Assembly (NCBI GenBank): GCA_900291995.1
Contig: OLMU01000154.1
Coordinates: 1-50,369 of the forward strand
Direction: 5' to 3'
From: Licmophora abbreviata
Taxonomy: Eukaryota
DNA length: 50,369 nt
The stretch's first letter is position 1. Each line of letters opens with the position of its first letter. The notes below the pieces were generated by a model. The model saw only the letters and a list, made by a program, of their open reading frames with translations, was not told where the DNA came from and ran no database searches. This document shows, in pieces, positions 46,394 to 50,369 of this stretch. A program made the position numbers and the translations under genes.

Positions 46394-46919
46394 TGTCTAA
46401 AGGAAAGCACAAATCCAATGCGATACAAATTCGAGCAATCGAGAAACGAGTCAAACTGGCGCTGAGGGTCGTTCCAATCTGAGTCAGGCCCAAAATTGAG
46501 CATCCAGAGAAGTCGTGCCAAGGCGAGGATATATGCGGCGTGTCTACGTTCCTCGCCGTCTTCCAATCCAATGCAGGGTTTGCTTTTGCACAACCACATG
46601 AAACATGAGATCGCAGATCACAGCGTCTCGCGGGTTTTGCGTGTTTTCAGTTTGTCGCGCGGGCTTCTCAAAATCGAGCTCCTTTCAGAGCTAAGCGTCT
46701 CAAATAGCACGCAAAAGGAAAAAGTGCGCGCCGAGATGAACACATCAGCATCAGCACACTCGCGTCCACCCGTCGCGCCGCTCGCCGCCGACGAGACACG
46801 CGTGACGGATGCGATGACAACCATCCTGTACTAATACTCGTACATTCGCAATAAACTGAGGTCTCCGTCGTTGACCCACGTTGAAGGACACCGGAAGACG
46901 TAGATTCGCGACAAGAACA

Positions 46920-48250
46920 ATGAGTTTGGTCAGACTACTCTTCGCTTTAAGCTGCTTCACATTTCACAATGCCAGTATAAAACATGGCGCACGGGCTTTC
47001 GCATCATCTTGCACGTTTTCGAAACTTGGTGGCGGCGCATCGACTGCATCCTTCTTATCGACTCGGCGACTGATCCCCTCTCATCTGAGAACAAGAACCT
47101 CGCTGTCTATGAAATCGAGCCCCCCATATCCAGTGCGCATCGCAGTGATGGGGGGCGGGAACTTTGGTCTCGCCTTGGCAACCGTATGTGCTCGAAAAGG
47201 TCTCCCTACTACACTACTGGTCCGCTCCGAAGATATCGTCGAGTCAATCAATAACAACCACACGCATCCTAGATACATGTCGGAACTGAAGCTTCCCACC
47301 AAGATTCGCGCTACTACGGATCCTGGGGCAGCTCTTCCGGATGCAACCTATATCATTCACGCAGTGCCGGTCCAGTACAGTCGTCAGTTTCTCTCGTCAA
47401 TCAAGGAGTACGTGGACCCAAACACCCCCATTCTCAGTGCCTCGAAAGGTATTGAAACGTCAAGTCTTGGTTTCATGGCAGATATTCTCAAGGATGAGCT
47501 GGGAAAGGATCGGCCTTATGCCTTCTTGTCGGGACCATCCTTTGCCAGAGAAATTGTGGAGGGCGTAGCGACGGCTGTCGTCATTGCCTCTGACGACATC
47601 TTGCTGGCCAAAGATCTTGCGGAACTTCTTTCGGATGACAACCTTCGATGTTTTACGTCCAAAGATGTCATGGGAGTCGAGATTGGAGGAGCCGTCAAGA
47701 ACGTTATCGCATTGGCCGCGGGAATGTGTGAAGGGCTGGGACTAGGCACCAACGCCATGAGTGGTCTTGTCACGCGAGGGTGTGGTGAGATGCGGAGACT
47801 GGGCCTTACCTTCGGTGCAAAACCGAGTACGATTGCTGGTCTTTCCGGTGAGTTCCTACTGTTTGTATTGTGTGCAGCAAACATGACTAGAGAGATCCTG
47901 TGTGGCTCAATGGCGACTCCATGTTGACTATTTGGCCTTCAGGGGTCGGGGATACATTTGGTACATGTTTTGGCCCGCTATCGCGAAACCGAAAGTTCGG
48001 ATTTCGACTAGGTCAGGGGGAGACGATGGAGCAGATTCGAGAGTCAACATCAGAGGTGGCGGAGGGTGTGGACACGTCTATCGCACTGGTGGACCTTATC
48101 AAGACGAAATGCAAAGGTTACCGCCTCGATCTAAAATACCCAATCTTGTTTGGTGTTGCCAGTATTCTCGAGGGGCAGCAAACTCCCCTTGACGGACTAA
48201 AAGGACTCATGAACATGCCGATGCAATGGGAGAACTTTGACGAACGCTAG
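46920..48250 (+). CDS. NAD(P)H-dependent glycerol-3-phosphate dehydrogenase (GpsA type), probably plastid-targeted, 2 exons
   Basis: Motifs GGGNFG, SKGIE, LSGPSFA, GGAVKNVIA, GLSG|VGD, LSRNR and VAEG. Intron 47848-47942. A signal peptide ending ARA-F is followed by an S/T/R-rich transit region. Confidence 0.93.
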
Positions 48251-48330
48251 CTAAAGCTTGAGAGTTCGCTACGTTCATATGCCAGTACAATAGGAATGTA
48301 GCGTCGACGGGGTAATGCACTTGTCTAAAA

Positions 48331-48915
48331 TCAGTAGCTGCCATACGTATAGTGCACAGGTGGCCACTTCGGCGGATCGTATCCCTTGCCTCCGAATGGG
48401 CTGCATCGAAGAAGACGCCATGCCGTCAAGATGATTCCTTTGGTGGGACCGAACTTCTCGATGGCCTGAACTCCGTACTGACTACATGTTGGCAAAAAGC
48501 GACAAGCCGGAGGAAGCAGCGGCGAGATGAAAGTTTTGTAGAAACCAATCGTTGACACCATAGCAGTTGATACGACCTGTTTCGGTTCGTCGGTTGAGTC
48601 GCCCTGGTCTGCTGTTGAATCGGAGCGCTCGGCTTGGTTCACTTCATCGTCACGACCATTGCTGTCATCTTCAGTACGAGTTTCATCTGTCTGATATAGC
48701 ACAGACAATGATATCGAAATTGCAGGCTGCAAGTGACTCATCTCCGATTCAGTCGGGCCATAAAAGATGTGGCTTGCCATGAATGGACTCACTTTTCTCT
48801 GGCTCCGCAACAACCGGCATGACAGACACATTGCATCTACCCGAACAAGAATCACCCCCGCGACAGCCAACACAATGCTTCCGCATCTAACCCACCGATT
48901 TAGGTTTCTCATCAT
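48331..48915 (-). CDS. yidD: YidD-like membrane protein insertion efficiency factor, probably plastid-targeted
   Basis: [23 protein letters not shown]...[15 protein letters not shown] has the three conserved Cys; the N-terminus is a hydrophobic signal. Possible in-frame intron 48727-48792. Confidence 0.88.
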   Translation of the reverse strand: MMRNLNRWVRCGSIVLAVAGVILVRVDAMCLSCRLLRSQRKVSPFMASHIFYGPTESEMSHLQPAISISLSVLYQTDETRTEDDSNGRDDEVNQAERSDSTADQGDSTDEPKQVVSTAMVSTIGFYKTFISPLLPPACRFLPTCSQYGVQAIEKFGPTKGIILTAWRLLRCSPFGGKGYDPPKWPPVHYTYGSY

Positions 48916-49240
48916 CGTCTATTAGAAGGGCGTGAACGGGACAATATGATGCAATCACGTAGCTGCATCATTGCCCCACGCCGGGTCGAATGTTTTGTTG
49001 TCGATCAAAAAATGACCGCATGACGTTTTGAGATTCTATCAGTGAGAGTAGCAAAATGAGTGGCCCGGTACTCGAGAGACATTGCTCTCTTTGAAAGCAT
49101 TTTCCCGCCACTCTCTACTCTGTGGTTGCCGCCGACAACCCGAAGAAGTGGACAACTCCGATGGCAATATTCCTATAGACTGTTATCGTATGTATGCCCC
49201 AGCTAGAAGGCTCGAGTTCGGCGCGTGCAGCATATTGAAG

Positions 49241-50369
49241 TCACTTCTTCCAGAATTTCCACCATGCCGACCTACGAGATCTAGACGTTGGTGGCCCAGT
49301 AAAGGCACGAGCGCTCGAAGTTCCTGTAATCGTCTGGCGGCTCGAGAAATCAGTTGTGAATCGTTGCCGCTTCCAGAATTTCCATCTCGCTGCTTTCTGA
49401 GGCTGGTTCGACGGTGGACCTGTGAAGGCGCGTGGCACAGTGGCAGTGGTCGGACGACCCCCGATCGTTGCTGTTCCCTGTGTAGCTACAGGTCGGGTTG
49501 GCGACCCGAAATTCGGGGTCGGCATGAACGATCGAGACATTGATGGCATGCTGTACGACCGTCGACTGAATGATGTTCCCGTCAGGTTGGTGCTTCGTGC
49601 AGACCATTGTCTCGAAGTTGCGCCAACCGAGTATACCGAGCGCGATTCTTCATGGCGTGGCGCGGATCCCGACCCGCTTTTTCTTTCTACTGGCACCGTG
49701 GATGATTCCGACATTTTGCGGCTGTTATTCCCGTTTGATGTGGGGGGCTGGAAGACTTGCTCGGGAGGTCGACGTGGAGTGGCGCTCTTGCCGCTTGACA
49801 GATTGCTCTTCGACGATCCATTGAAATATGACCACATTGTTGTCGGAGAGGCTCCACCTGCGCTCTTGCTTGTGGTCGATGACCGCTTACACGATTGGCT
49901 GACAGAAGAATCGCAAGATGAAGGGACCCTGTTAGACTCAGACGTGTAGTAGGACCACACTGATTCCGGTTCGGTCTTGTAGGTAGTTCGACTTAGCACG
50001 GGTCTCTTCGGGCGGCTCCGACGAGTTGACCTCTGTTTTGATGTATTGTGGCTTGAATGAGTGGAGCTCACCGTCCCGCTGCTACGTGCCGATGATCGAG
50101 GTACTCCGTTCTTTCTTGACTTAGCCGAACTAGACGGGCCACTGCTTGGCGCGCTCTTCTGGGACGGTTGAGCGGGTCGTCGACTCGACGCGGTTTTTTT
50201 CGTGTGGTGTGCTGCATTCTGACTCCTTGGTGGTGATGGCTTTGGGGCTCTGCCTGTCGAAAACCCCGATCTCGATACGTGCTTAGTGGGTGTTTGTTCG
50301 CTGCTTTGTGTTCTGGGTGGCCACTGCGAAGAGCTTTGACGTTCGGAACGAGCTGGGGCCGATCGCCGA
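49241..50369 (-). CDS. Ser/Arg/Thr/Pro-rich low-complexity protein, 5' end outside the window
   Basis: The frame of ORF 49241..50071 stays open to the window edge; the C-terminal motif RAFTGPP...WKFWK is duplicated. Confidence 0.7.
   Translation of the reverse strand, partial: RRSAPARSERQSSSQWPPRTQSSEQTPTKHVSRSGFSTGRAPKPSPPRSQNAAHHTKKTASSRRPAQPSQKSAPSSGPSSSAKSRKNGVPRSSARSSGTVSSTHSSHNTSKQRSTRRSRPKRPVLSRTTYKTEPESVWSYYTSESNRVPSSCDSSVSQSCKRSSTTSKSAGGASPTTMWSYFNGSSKSNLSSGKSATPRRPPEQVFQPPTSNGNNSRKMSESSTVPVERKSGSGSAPRHEESRSVYSVGATSRQWSARSTNLTGTSFSRRSYSMPSMSRSFMPTPNFGSPTRPVATQGTATIGGRPTTATVPRAFTGPPSNQPQKAARWKFWKRQRFTTDFSSRQTITGTSSARAFTGPPTSRSRRSAWWKFWKK

Noticed and set aside
1..50369. Genome-wide reassignment of TGA
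   Set aside because: TGA ends several clear genes (MSH5, TRAPPC10, the helicase, HAD, the TTL fusion, YidD), and Trp is encoded by TGG.
1..50369. CRISPR arrays, tRNA/rRNA genes, transposase or retroelement ORFs
   Set aside because: None were recognised by eye; small ncRNAs could be missed without a covariance search.

Overview
Gene-dense eukaryotic nuclear DNA, most likely from a diatom or related photosynthetic stramenopile (inference from short GT-AG introns of about 70-115 nt, compact intergenic spacers and three proteins with signal-peptide plus transit-peptide presequences). About 17 protein-coding loci are supported: an interrupted hypothetical gene, a Kir-type K+ channel, a multi-pass membrane protein, an M13 metallopeptidase, a probably organellar type IIA topoisomerase, MSH5, an alpha-carbonic-anhydrase-like protein lacking Zn ligands, PRP4, TRAPPC10, SNM1/PSO2, a DEAD-box helicase, TRRAP/Tra1, a HAD hydrolase, a TTL-family ATP-grasp/class-V PLP-enzyme fusion, a GpsA-type glycerol-3-phosphate dehydrogenase, YidD and a truncated Ser/Arg-rich protein. 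The best candidate for an undescribed system is the single-ORF TTL-ligase/PLP-enzyme fusion (43508-46393). Three loci have reading-frame breaks at short homopolymers, most simply explained as assembly indels. Family calls come from motif recognition and exon boundaries were placed by hand; no database search was run.
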